A stretch of 64,000 nucleotides of DNA from Pseudovirgaria hyperparasitica (taxonomy: Eukaryota), in NCBI GenBank assembly GCA_010093815.1, contig ML996572.1; one strand, written 5' to 3'. Shown here in pieces: positions 25,537 to 36,619 of the stretch; the stretch's first letter is position 1; every line of letters begins with the position of its first letter. The notes beneath the pieces are model-generated. The model was not told the DNA's origin and ran no database searches. It saw nothing but the letters and a program-made list of their open reading frames with translations. The translations under genes were made by a program, and so were the position numbers.

Positions 25537-26868
25537 ATGGCCGCCATCCCAACCAAGCCCTTTTCCAGCCTCAGTGCTGCTGTCGCCGCTGGCAAGCATG
25601 CCGACTTCAACTTTCGCCAGGAGTCTGCTAACGCTGCTGCCTCGGCCAGCAAGCCTGATTTCTCGGCTTATCCTCTCAACCTTCCCACTCCTCCAAACTC
25701 CTTGTCGCCAGAGCTGCATGCTCACAAGGGCCATCGCACCTCTTCCATCGCGCTCGAGTCTGAGATAGACCTTCAGGATGCGGTTGAACATGCTCAGGCG
25801 CAGGACCAGCCCACGGCTCTTTCCAGCGCTGCCTTGTCCGGCCTGGAGGCGTCTGCTGTCATCACTCCTTCTATGCTCGCGAAGCATCACCTTCCCGATA
25901 TCCTCCTTCCGAATGGCCCCATGGCTATTCGATACATTCTCAACTGCTTGACGCAGTCGGTACCAGGCTTCTCTAGTATACCACCACCCAAGGCCCGCAG
26001 GCTCGTGGTTAGCGCACTGGAGATCCGGGGTGGCGGAGGCCTGAATGGTGACGTCGAGTTCGAGAAGGTTGGCTGGGGTCGCTGGGATGCGAGAACCCGC
26101 GGTCAACCTCCTCGAGAAGGCCGCGGCAGTCTCCAACCAGGGTCCTTCCCTGTCTCGGAACGCGCGCGACTTGGAATGTCCCCACCCTTGAGCGTCGCAG
26201 ACTCGTACGCCATGTCGAGTGCTGGTCTTCAGATACCAGAAGCTACGCGTCGACAGCGACACGATAAATTTGGGGGATCTTGGGCCGCCGACTCCATGCT
26301 TGAAAATGACCTGGAAATGGACATAGGAATGAATGTCGCGGAACACGAGGCCGACAAGATGTCATTGGACGGATCCGAAGACTCGCTCGACTCGGACACT
26401 TCGTCTTCCGCTGATGAAGGTGTACCAGGGCGCGAAATCAACATGGAGGATGATGACGCGACTGACGAGGAGGACTGGGCCGCGATTGGTCCGGAGGCCC
26501 TGAAACACGGGTCTTTGTTCTACGGTAGCCCAAAGAACACCAACAGACGTGCTTCAACAGCACGCATGAGGTCTTCTAACAGTGCCGGAGTGGGACAGGC
26601 GAAATCCGTCCCGCGCCCCAGAATTTCATCCTACGACAACCGCACGCATTCGTATAATCACTCGCATGTGCGTCCCCAGATGGAACGGCGCTCCGTCTCT
26701 GCTGTGCACGCTTCGAAGATGTTTACCGCCAGATCTCACAATTCTCCGGCATTTCCGATTTCTTCTCTCCGTGGAGGAGCGGCAAGCCAACACGTGGACC
26801 TCGCCATCAGCAAGAACAGCCCTGAACGTGAAGCCATCGAAGCGCTTCTCAAGATGGGAAGCATGTGA
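25537..26868 (+). CDS. STB3: Stb3-family (Sin3-binding) transcriptional regulator; probable 5'UTR intron about 25415-25504
   Basis: ITPSMLAKHHLPDILL..GPMAIRYILNCLTQSVPGFSSIPPPKARRLVVSALE..FEKVGWGRW; DATDEEDW; C-terminal EREAIEALLKM. Confidence 0.8.
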   Translation: MAAIPTKPFSSLSAAVAAGKHADFNFRQESANAAASASKPDFSAYPLNLPTPPNSLSPELHAHKGHRTSSIALESEIDLQDAVEHAQAQDQPTALSSAALSGLEASAVITPSMLAKHHLPDILLPNGPMAIRYILNCLTQSVPGFSSIPPPKARRLVVSALEIRGGGGLNGDVEFEKVGWGRWDARTRGQPPREGRGSLQPGSFPVSERARLGMSPPLSVADSYAMSSAGLQIPEATRRQRHDKFGGSWAADSMLENDLEMDIGMNVAEHEADKMSLDGSEDSLDSDTSSSADEGVPGREINMEDDDATDEEDWAAIGPEALKHGSLFYGSPKNTNRRASTARMRSSNSAGVGQAKSVPRPRISSYDNRTHSYNHSHVRPQMERRSVSAVHASKMFTARSHNSPAFPISSLRGGAASQHVDLAISKNSPEREAIEALLKMGSM

Positions 26869-27308
26869 GCTATCCGAATTATACGACATGCGCAGGCGCA
26901 TCGGCGGCGCATGCCGATACAACATGATTACACGTCATATATTCAGAACCACGACTTTTACTCTATACCTTTAATCACTCACGATGGACGGATTGCATGC
27001 ATTACGAGGTTCAGGCGTTCTGGACGTTGGGAACGTCAATGTCCGTGACAGGATACGATACCCGAGAAGTTACCGTGCATGCCAGGGTCTTCCGCATTGG
27101 ACCTTGAAACAACAACCTGTTTTTGGAAACATCATTTTTCCGACATCCGGCGAGATCCGGGTGTTCATCGGCACACGCGCCTACCCATCTCAACGATGGA
27201 TGGCGAATCACTGCACAACACATACACACGGCTTGACCTGAGACGTTGTTTCCGGACATTGTCAAGCTCGAGCGTGACGAACATGCTCGACATATTACTA
27301 CGTTACAC

Positions 27309-27353
27309 TTGGAGACGTTGACGACGTTGGAGACGTTGGGGACGTTGGAGACG
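27309..27353 (+). repeat. 9-bp tandem repeat (TTGRNGACG)x5 downstream of STB3
   Basis: ttggagacg ttgacgacg ttggagacg ttggggacg ttggagacg. Confidence 0.9.
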
Positions 27354-28318
27354 ACGAGTTTGTCTTTTTTCAACATATTAACTAACAAATTTTGGGGCCT
27401 TCCACAGGCTCATAGCGGCATCCCACTTCGAGCTCCGATTGTTCAAGCGCTGACGGGGAGCTGGGGGATTGCATTGCGTTGGGAGGCTTTTCTTTCGGGA
27501 AATTTAATACTGTTTCTTGAGACTCGGCTGGAAATCAGCAGCCATTGCTTCGGTAACTTCGGTATCGTAGAGAACTCTTGACGCTCTCGAGAATAGGAGC
27601 ACAACCGGGGGCTTTTGGGGGATAGTTATGCCATTCGGGTATCTGTCTACTGGCCTCGACGGTCTTTATGTACATAGCTTGCACCGTACTGCAAAATACA
27701 ATATATACCATACCATACTTATGACGCGCAGGCTTTGGGATGGTGTGTAGCACTGCATACGTATATATAGAATATCTGCAATTGAGGACTTGATTCTTCT
27801 CGTCTATATTTGAGTGTCTATCTATTGTGCGTAATTAAACAGCAGCTCGCGACGGCTACTTTCTGGCCGAAACGGGACTAGCTGCTAATTGGCTGGACTG
27901 TTTCCAAACGTCACTCCCTTGCTCCTGTAGAACTTTGTGTTTTTTTTTTCGAAAGCTTCTTGATAAAAGTAATTAATTAATCAATCTATCAATTACATTT
28001 ATGGATTATTTCCTTCTTCTTCTATAAACGCAAATTCGTTAGTAAAACTCGATGATAACGCCTACTGATTACCCCTCCTCTACCACAACTCCCGGTCTAA
28101 TTACCCCTTATATTCACAGGTCCCGCGCCCCGTCTTGAGAAACTCATAAAGCATGTGTATGTATACATGTGGGACCAAGTAGGAACCGAGTGCTTTGGAT
28201 CCGTGCCAAAGTAAACTACAAGCGCTTCGTTCCGTTACGGCCACAAACTCTCCCCGCCCCGACGCAGAGACAACGACAACGACAACAACGACAACGACAA
28301 TAACGACAACAATGAGCT

Positions 28319-29130
28319 TCAGACTTGCTCCTCTGCCGAACCCCCCCTACCACCTCCGTTGCTGCCGCCGCTCTTACCCCCTTGCCCTCCAGAGCCGCCG
28401 CCGCTAGGATCGGACACCACGTCCTGGTACGCACCATACTCCTGCTGTTGCTGTCCCTCATCCTCCGCGTGCTCTACGCCCTCTGTTTCGTCTGTGCCAT
28501 CCGGAACGATAAGGGGCTGGTATGCCGGATGAAGCGTGCTCAGAAACACGCGACCGGAACCGCGAAAGCGCGACAGCGGCGCAAAGTGGCACTGCGGGCA
28601 GCTTGGAGGGTAGTAGGGCGTGCCGGAGAGGGCGTCGAGACAGTGCTTTAGGACGAGGGAGGCGTGGCATGTTCTGTTTTTGTTTGGTTTAGCGGTCGTG
28701 TAATACAGGAGGGATAAAGGGGGAAGCACAAAACTCACAGATTCAGGAGCAGGAACCACGTACAATACGTCCCTAGCATCGGCCACGCCCACCGCGGCAT
28801 AAACACGAGGGTGAGTATCCACTCTAGCAGCAGGCCTGTTGCGGCGAGGACGTCGGCGATTAGGACGGCGGGGTGTCCGGCTAGACTGCCGCCATTGCAG
28901 TTGCAGTTGCAGCTTCGGCGGGATTGTTGTTGTTGGGCGGAGTGTAGGATGGCGGCGCTGAGGAGGGCGGAGAAGGCGAGGGGGATGAGGCCGAGGGCGG
29001 GGTTGACGCTTTCGCTGAGGATGCCGTGGAGGATGAGGAGGAGGAGGGCGGGCGGGAAGGTGGCGAGGCAGAGGGTGCGGGGGAGGAGGGCGGGGGTGAA
29101 GAGGAGGGGTGGGGGGAGGAGGAGGGCCAT
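28319..29130 (-). CDS. Uncharacterised fungal multi-pass membrane protein; 2 exons
   Basis: About four hydrophobic segments ending MLGTYCTWFLLLN; intron gtgagt (about 28737) to aacag (about 28674); second exon has CPQC and an acidic/Gly-rich tail. Confidence 0.65.
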
Positions 29131-30310
29131 TTTTTGTTGTTGTCGTTGTTGTTGTTGTTGTGGTGAGAGTTTCTTTGGAACGATGATTTATAGAATAGGT
29201 GGTGGTTTGAAGGCGTATGTGTGTATGTGTGTGTATATATATGTTGGAATGGTATCTTGTCTGGAAGAAAAGACGGTAGTAGGTAGGTATATGCTGGGCT
29301 TATATCACATCCTATCACTCCCTGGCCAAACACACGACCTTCTACTCTTCCTCATATAGCAAGAGAGAGAGAGAGAGAGTGAGAGACAGTGAGAGAGACG
29401 ACAGCAGCCTTATACGCTAAGCACCCGTCGATCTCACGCAAAACTGCCTTTCGAACGTTGGCGATCCCGTGGCTGGACGATGAGTGCCAAACTGGGGGCG
29501 AGGCGGAGCAGCGCGATGGATCAACAGATGCTGCATGTCTAGTAACAGTCAACACAACATATGCGCGAGTTCGAACACACGCGACACAGACCTAGCGACT
29601 GTACACTATTAGTGCACAGAGCGAGACCGAGAAGCTGGAGCTGGAGCCAAAGATGGATGGAGCCAAACAGAGCCAGCGCCAGCGAATCTTGCGCCATTCG
29701 CCATACTCTTATTACATCCATCCTCCAACAGAAAATACAACAACCCATCAAACGGGGAACGGGTAAGTCAGTATTCCAGACCCCGGAGGGTAGATCGCGC
29801 GCGTGGCTCAGCCCGCTACAGCTAGATCTACCCTCCAACACAGCCCTACGCCACCGCCGGCCCCCAAACCGACTTGAAGGCTTACAGACGAGAGAGCACG
29901 AGAAAGAGTTTTAAATAAAGCGAGGCAGATTTCCTCTTCGTGTGGCTAGTGGGCTTGTTTGGAAGGGATTTGCTCTGTGCGAGGGGAATGTTGAGGGTTT
30001 CATTTTTGCCACTGCTTTGAGGGGTGGAGTTGCGGTGGGTTTGAATGGTTGTGATGTGACATGTCTGGGTTTTTATGTGTGTGTAGGAGGGAGAGAGGTG
30101 GGAGAGGGAGTGGGTGAAAGGGCTATTCACGACGGGTCAGTATGCATCGACTCTCTGGGCTTTTCTTTGCTAAAGACTGAAAAGTCATTCAAGCGCGAAA
30201 TCGCGGCCTGTGTTGAAGAAAGCACTATAATTACTTTTTGGGAACTGAAGACAGGTAAAGCTGGTATTCATTAGCCTATTTGTGTACTAACTCAATTTCC
30301 TGGTGTTCTG

Positions 30311-30361
30311 GTCTCTCGCTCTGTCTCTCTCGCTCTGTCTCTCTCTCTCTGTCTCTCTCTA

Positions 30362-30431
<70 letters not shown>
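30311..30431. repeat. (CT)n microsatellite
   Basis: Direct reading. Confidence 0.97.
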
Positions 30432-30437
<6 letters not shown>

Positions 30438-30508
30438 TCTTCAGTCAATTTCCAGTTCAACAACCCGCTCTCGCTCGTGCTGACGACATTCGGTTTGGCT
30501 CGATTCGT

Positions 30509-31280
30509 TCAGTGCAACTCATGGGATGCTGTCCAGTGAGCGCAGGACCCCGTGTTCTGTGAGAAACGCTGTTGTGTGTACTCTGGGATGAAGTATCTGG
30601 AATCCAGAGGTGTGGGGGACCTTTCAAGAGGCTTACGCGTTCTCGAGGACGATCTCCGGCGTTCATCCTTGATGGTTCCCACAGTTGTGAGAGGTGAAGG
30701 CGGTGGAGAAGAAGATTCGGCTCTGAACTCTGGCCGGAAGCGACATTGCTTCTTGCATGGCGGGCTCGGACACCTTGTTTCCTCGTATCTCGCTGCTTCG
30801 CCGGCTCTGAACTCTGGCCGGAAGCGACATTGCTTCTTGTATGGCGGGCTCGGACACCTTATTTCCTCGTATCTCGCTGCTTCGCCGGCGCTGGGCCTGA
30901 TATTCGAGACGTCCAGTAAGGGGTGTGGATCGACAGACAGGATGCATCGGCCCAGGCTAGGCATTCTTTCCAGTACCGCGTCAAAGCCGTGGTAGCCTCT
31001 CAAGTCATCCAGGTGTTTAACTGTGTATGCGAGGATGTAGTGACGGAGTCCGATCTCCGGGTGTTGTTCGGGCAGCACGTCGCCAACAATGGCCAACAAC
31101 TCGCAGAGCTCCCTCGCACCATGCTTCTCGGCGAGAAAGTGACTGGCGAATTTGTTGAAGAGCGCTTCCTGGAACCGCCCGGCGACCAGGCGCTGCCCCA
31201 GAGCGTACAGCAGACCGATGGTGACAAAGTCACCTTCAGCCATGTGGTTCCTGTTGTTCTCGTTGTTGTCGTTGTTGTCG

Positions 31281-31332
<52 letters not shown>

Positions 31333-31659
31333 CTTTGGGATTGTCCAGCACCCAGCCGTTGCGGTACAGGTACTCGACAAAGTAGCCGAAACAGCCTGGG
31401 TCGACGTCGTCGAGGACGACTTTGCGACTGTACTGCTCCTGCAGCTTACCTTGGAGATGCTCCGCGAAGTATTCGGATTCTTGTCGCAAGAGCTCCGAGT
31501 GGATGTTGAAGGTTTTCTCTTGCTTGGTGCCGGTGTGGTTTTCTCTAGTGGTGATTGTCACGGTCACTACAGGCGACATAAGACAGCTTGTGATATCAGT
31601 ATAACGATCGCGAATGGGAGCGAGACCACTCACTCGGAGAATCTCATGCTTGGTTCCAT
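30509..31659 (-). CDS. BTB/POZ-domain protein with poly-Asn tract and 28-aa tandem duplication; probably 2 exons
   Basis: MEPSMRFSD|CLMSPVVTVTI..KTFNIHSELLRQESEYF..VVLDDVDPGCFGYFVEYLY..LLYALGQRL; intron gtgagt..tactgat..caag about 31587-31633. Confidence 0.75.
30721..30888. repeat. 84-bp near-perfect tandem duplication (2 copies) inside the BTB gene
   Basis: ctctgaactctggccggaagcgac... starts at 30721 and 30805; 2 substitutions seen. Confidence 0.95.
31252..31331. repeat. (GTT)n/(AAC)n coding microsatellite (poly-Asn)
   Basis: Direct reading. Confidence 0.95.
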
Positions 31660-31989
31660 GATTGCTTGGAGATCTGGACGGAAGCGCCTTTCGAGACAAA
31701 TATGAGGTTTGTTGGTTGGAGGATAGTTGGTTGCCTAGAACCGATGAGAGAAAGGCGTTATCCAGCTTGCATTGTTCACTTAGTTCCACCAGACAGGCCT
31801 GTGCTCGCCACAAGCTATGGAAGAATGGAAAGATGCCTGTTCACTGTTCACTCGCAGCTCAGATCTAACCCCTCCCCCCCCCCCCCCCCCCCCCCCCCCC
31901 CCTGGCAGAGTTACAACTAAACAGCACTCAAGTGTCAGATCTCCTCTTCAGTGTTCAAGGGCACTACTATCTCTCAATAGCAGTCCCCA

Positions 31990-34050
31990 CTCGACGCGAA
32001 GCCTCTCAGCCAATATATTCAACATCCGATCGTTCCCTCCTGTCTCTCACTCCAAGCTAGATACTTCCACCTCCACAAGTCCTGAAAGCTTCTCCAACTT
32101 CCTCAATGCTGCTTGTATCGCCCCTGAAATCTAGATATCCGTCAAGTACATAATTGCTTTGTTTGAGGTGTCAAATGTTGGCCTCGCCCAGCTATTCGCT
32201 GCTGCCGCAATATGCCTATGAGATAAGCGGCAATTTCTGGCCTGAGGCTATGGCACATAGCCAGGGGATGTGACATCTTCCCTTTGCCAAAGTCTTCACA
32301 CATGCCGTTTCGCACACTATACCCATCGGCTGTCAAATTCATGGAGCTGTCCCGGCTCTGAAAGATTCCTCTTAGCAGCGTCGTCAAAGGGCCCAACTTC
32401 AGCTTCTCATAAGACTCTGTCTGCATTACGTGGGTGAGAAGTTTGAACATACTCCCCAGTCTTACTGTCAGTCATCTAAATGTACTCTTCCACTCATGGG
32501 CACACATGACTCTCTATCCAGTACACATCCCAGCTCTGACCGACGAACAGAGTACCGAGCTCTTCCAGGACGACATCAAGACAGTCGGTACGTTGGACGC
32601 TACGTGCTCTCTTGACGGCTGCGACACGCATGTGGCTTGCATTGTTGATAGACTGCGATTTGCGAAAGGGAATTTTGGTCGCTGGACGTGATCGCCGCAA
32701 CACTGAATCATCCTAGATGTCATCCAAGACGAGGAATGCGTTACGCAGAATATCGATAATGTCCTTGATAGCTATCCATAATGTCGCTGGTATGTCTAGC
32801 CAGACTTTGAGACATTCGATGAGCGTTGTTAGTACACCCTTATATGTCAAGCCGCGGATATACTGAGCTGAACAATCCAGTATAGAACCATATAAGTCTG
32901 TTTGATTCTCCACTCGGTCATCCTCTCGATCGAGTTGACGCAGCTGGCATTTTCTGAGCCTGAAGTATGCTCAGTAAACGATACTGAATTCAAAGGCTTT
33001 ATATTGGACTCCTCACTGTTCGCTCCGTTTGTCGAAGGGGTACAACAACGGGACGTGCGATGCCATTCTCAATTTCTGCTGCTGGTATAGCTAGCCAGTC
33101 TACCCAATCGTCCATGTCAGCTTTACACATCCCGTACCGAGAAAGAACTGCACAGAAACAGTGATTGCCTCTAGCGCCAGCGGCGCAAGGGTCCAGAAAT
33201 GCTTCTTGCGCCCTGCGATAGCTGCGTTTCAGGGCATACAACTTCTTCCGTGCCTGCAAGAACCTCCCCTCGTCGTTGATAGTCCTCACATGTATAGTTG
33301 CCTTGGCTTCATCAACGGTGGACGTTCTATCGCGGAGCGTGATATCGATCGAGTTGGTGAGTGGATCGCCGATCTGTTCTCTCGTTTGTACCTCGCCGTC
33401 GTAGGACCGATAATCGTTGGTGAATAGTCCGATTTGCCCGAGCGGGACGGTCAGGGGTTCTACGACTTCATGCTCTATGTCCGAGACTTGCGCGCCTGTG
33501 GCCAATTCGATCGTTGGATAGAACGCATCGACTCTATATTCCTCATACCGCTTCATGATGTAGTCGTCCAGGCCGTCATACTCGAGCAGTTTCGGATCGA
33601 TATTCTGTGTCTCCCCCCAACTGGGTATACATGTCCATATGCCGCAACTCAAACCGCCTCTTCACGCGCGACGGATCCAAGAAAGACTATGCGGATAGGA
33701 TGTTGTAGATAGAGGAGCACTTCGTCTCTTTGCTACTGCCTATGACGCTCGTAGTCATTACAGTCGCACAGTCTCGCGAACTCTCACCGGTCCAAGTCCT
33801 TTTTCACCTCTACAAATACTGCAAATATCGAGATAATGAACTTTCTCGTAGCTGGAGGCGAGGTGGAATTTCTTGTATTATGAAGAATACTGCTCATGTC
33901 GCGGGTTTCTCCTTGATGCGTGACCGAAGTATAACAACGAGTTCTCAACTCGAAGACCAGCTATCCTTGACGTCTGCTATGACTTTTGCCAGTCATGGAG
34001 GATATTACTATATTCTGTCGATAGCCCTAATGTTCATCCGACCTGTCGAT
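31990..34050 (-). pseudogene. Degenerate chimeric terpene synthase (class I terpene cyclase + trans-prenyltransferase; fusicoccadiene/ophiobolin synthase architecture)
   Basis: Cyclase NSE-like NDYRSYDGE and GNH..SRYG; PT domain YIRGLTYKGV..VWLDIP..LVLDDI*DDSVLRR, LFVGQSWDVYW, KTG(frameshift)MFKLL, IFQSRDSSMNL..CEDFGKGKMSHPL; several stop codons. Confidence 0.85.
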
Positions 34051-34117
34051 TTTTAGGGGCCATTCCGGTCTCTCTGTTTGACTAATTGTGAGGCGTGGTT
34101 TCAAACGGGAATAGCTT

Positions 34118-34753
34118 CTAGCAGAGCTTTCTATCTTTCTTGTGCTGTCGACCATATTTGACATCCCAACTGTCCATGGCGAACCAACCGGGTCGATTTC
34201 CACAATATAAGTGAATTTGTAACCACATGTGTCCGAGGTCTTCCGGATGGCATGTCTGTCCTACATTTTCATAGACCCAAAACATGATTTTGTACGAAGC
34301 GGTATAGTCACATTGAAATGCCACGACGTCGCCAGACGGGAAGGTTTTGAGACTGCCCCCATAATGTCTCCCCCATTTGTCCTTTCCGTTGCAGGGCCCG
34401 AACTGCAACTTTTGGACCTCTTCTATATCGCGATCCTCGAGAAAGTGTCCGTCTTCCCGGCATACGACGTTACCCTTCTCCAGCCCGGCTGGTAGATCTG
34501 TACTTGGGATGACATACTCTTCCAGAGTCTCGCCGTGTTTATGCTCATGTCTACAAACATCAACTTTGTCGAGAGATGCTGATCTTACGAAGTCGATGGC
34601 GGACCTGATATATGGAGAATTGGTGCGGTCATAGAATTCGCTTAAGCTCTGATTATTATAACGTTCAAACCAGCCTGGCGGTTTGCATTTATTCTTAGCG
34701 GCGCCTACAACGGTAGTGAAACCGATGATAACGAGGATGCTTCGAAGATGCAT
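34118..34753 (-). CDS. Small secreted 8-Cys protein, candidate effector (paralog A)
   Basis: Signal-peptide-like MHLRSILVIIGFTTVVGA; 211 aa, intronless, 8 Cys; clear paralog immediately upstream. Confidence 0.85.
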   Translation of the reverse strand: MHLRSILVIIGFTTVVGAAKNKCKPPGWFERYNNQSLSEFYDRTNSPYIRSAIDFVRSASLDKVDVCRHEHKHGETLEEYVIPSTDLPAGLEKGNVVCREDGHFLEDRDIEEVQKLQFGPCNGKDKWGRHYGGSLKTFPSGDVVAFQCDYTASYKIMFWVYENVGQTCHPEDLGHMWLQIHLYCGNRPGWFAMDSWDVKYGRQHKKDRKLC

Positions 34754-35500
34754 TGCTGATATCGATGGCTGAGCGGTTTTGTGTATCGTTTACGGCTGTA
34801 GTTTTGGAGGGGGGTTGGCTTTTTTGAAAATTAAGATGTAATTTGTGCTAAATAACGTTACTTATAGTCCATTGTAGTGTGACATACTCTGAAACCCTCG
34901 TAGAACTGCAAAGTCGGACACCGTGCTTTTTGGAAAGGTCATCGGCCGACTACTATTAGCTAGAATAACTGCCTACGTATGTATTGCTTAGTATATTGAT
35001 AGTTAGATCGTCTACTTGTCCGGTCAGTCTAATTTGTTTCTCTCTTGTAATTAAGGTTGATATCGCTTTGTCACATATGATATGACACATTCGGAGCCGT
35101 AACCTGCGTTCTCGACTAATGCGGCATTTGTAGGTACTCAATTAATTACTACACACGCTCGGACTGCGGCATATTACAATCGGCTACAATCCGAAGGCCG
35201 AGATTAGGATTATATGATTAGTCACCCTCAAAGTATGTAGTGAGAATTGCACCGTCTTGGCAATTATTTTGAGGCGTAGATTGAGCTTGTATGCTCTGTT
35301 AAAGTCTTGTCCCAGATTGAGATTGCGTGGATCTGGATTGTATGTACCCATCTCTGCCTCCAAGTACTTTCCACCAATACAAATGCCATAAAATATCAAG
35401 AGAATGAACCGCCAACATGCGTTGCCGTATCTCAAGGCAAGGTAAAACTCTTATATCTGTTCGGCTAACTGCGAGGAATTGTTTCAAACGGAAATTCTCC

Positions 35501-36127
35501 CTACTCGCAGAGCCCTCTATATTCTTTACGCACCCGACCATATGCGACATCCCACTTCCGCATATAAAAGTACCCGCTTTGAGTTCCACAGTGTATGTGA
35601 ACTTGTAATAACATCGCTACAAGCGATTCCGGGTGGCATGTCTGTCCTACCGGTTTCCCATGGTGCTTTTTGTCCTTTTTTGTATAGTCACATTGAAATG
35701 CCTCAAGGTTTCCGGAGGGGAAGGATAAACGTTCGGGTCCGAAGTTTTTTCCCCAATGCGATCCGTTACAGGCTTTTAATTGTGCCCTTTGGGCAGTTTT
35801 CACATCCTCTCTATCGACCGGAGGTCCATTTTTCTGGCATACGACGACACCCCCACTCAACTCAGATGGTACATCTTTATCTGTGAGTTTGTACTTTGCC
35901 TGCTCCTCCTGGCCGATGCCCTCATAAGCATCACAAGAGTCATAATCATCGGAACGTATCGATTTGTAGTACTGAATGGCGGTCTGGAATTCAGAATCAG
36001 AATTGTTATAGAGCATATCTAAGTGTTGAGGAGTGGTCCGTTCGAACCATTCTGACGGTTTGCAATTAAGCACAGCGCCTACGCTAGTAATGATACCGAT
36101 AATGACGAGGATGCTTGGAGGATGCAT
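35501..36127 (-). CDS. Small secreted 8-Cys protein, candidate effector (paralog B)
   Basis: Signal-peptide-like MHPPSILVIIGIITSVGA; shares CKP..WFER, FPSG..AFQCDYT, VGQTCHPE, CG..G.F...WDV.YGR with paralog A. Confidence 0.85.
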   Translation of the reverse strand: MHPPSILVIIGIITSVGAVLNCKPSEWFERTTPQHLDMLYNNSDSEFQTAIQYYKSIRSDDYDSCDAYEGIGQEEQAKYKLTDKDVPSELSGGVVVCQKNGPPVDREDVKTAQRAQLKACNGSHWGKNFGPERLSFPSGNLEAFQCDYTKKDKKHHGKPVGQTCHPESLVAMLLQVHIHCGTQSGYFYMRKWDVAYGRVRKEYRGLCE

Positions 36128-36619
36128 TTGTAGTATAGACGACTTGGCGGTACTTTGTTGTTCGCGGCTTTGTTCCAGAAAGAAGGTGGCTATTCAATGA
36201 TTAAGACGTATGCTACATGGTATTACTTATAGTCCACTTTGGTGACCTTACTATGACATACTACGAAACCTTCATAGATATTTATAATATAATTCGCGTG
36301 AACCTGGGCACCGTGCTTTTTGGAAAGGTCATCGGCCGAATGCTATTAGCTAGAATAGAAGCGTATGTATACATATAGCTTGAAATCTACTCAATTAGAG
36401 CGCCTACCTAAAAGGGAGAAGCACCAATACGTTCAGTCTAAGATGTATCCCTCTTTTCAGGATGACATACAACGTGTAATATGACACATTCGGAGCCGTG
36501 TCCCTCGACTGATGCGGCATCTTAGGTACTAACATATCTACACACGTTCAGACTTCGGCATATACAATTGGACACAATCCAAGGGTCTATACTAGGATTG
36601 TATGATTAGTCACTGTATA

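Noticed and set aside
27309..27353. CRISPR-like array
   Set aside because: Eukaryotic DNA; short tandem units without spacers
34935..35100. Pf2-type WMGGVCCGAA sites in the promoters of the secreted-protein pair
   Set aside because: TCGGCCGA and ACGGCTCCGAA differ in spacing from that consensus, so no factor can be assigned
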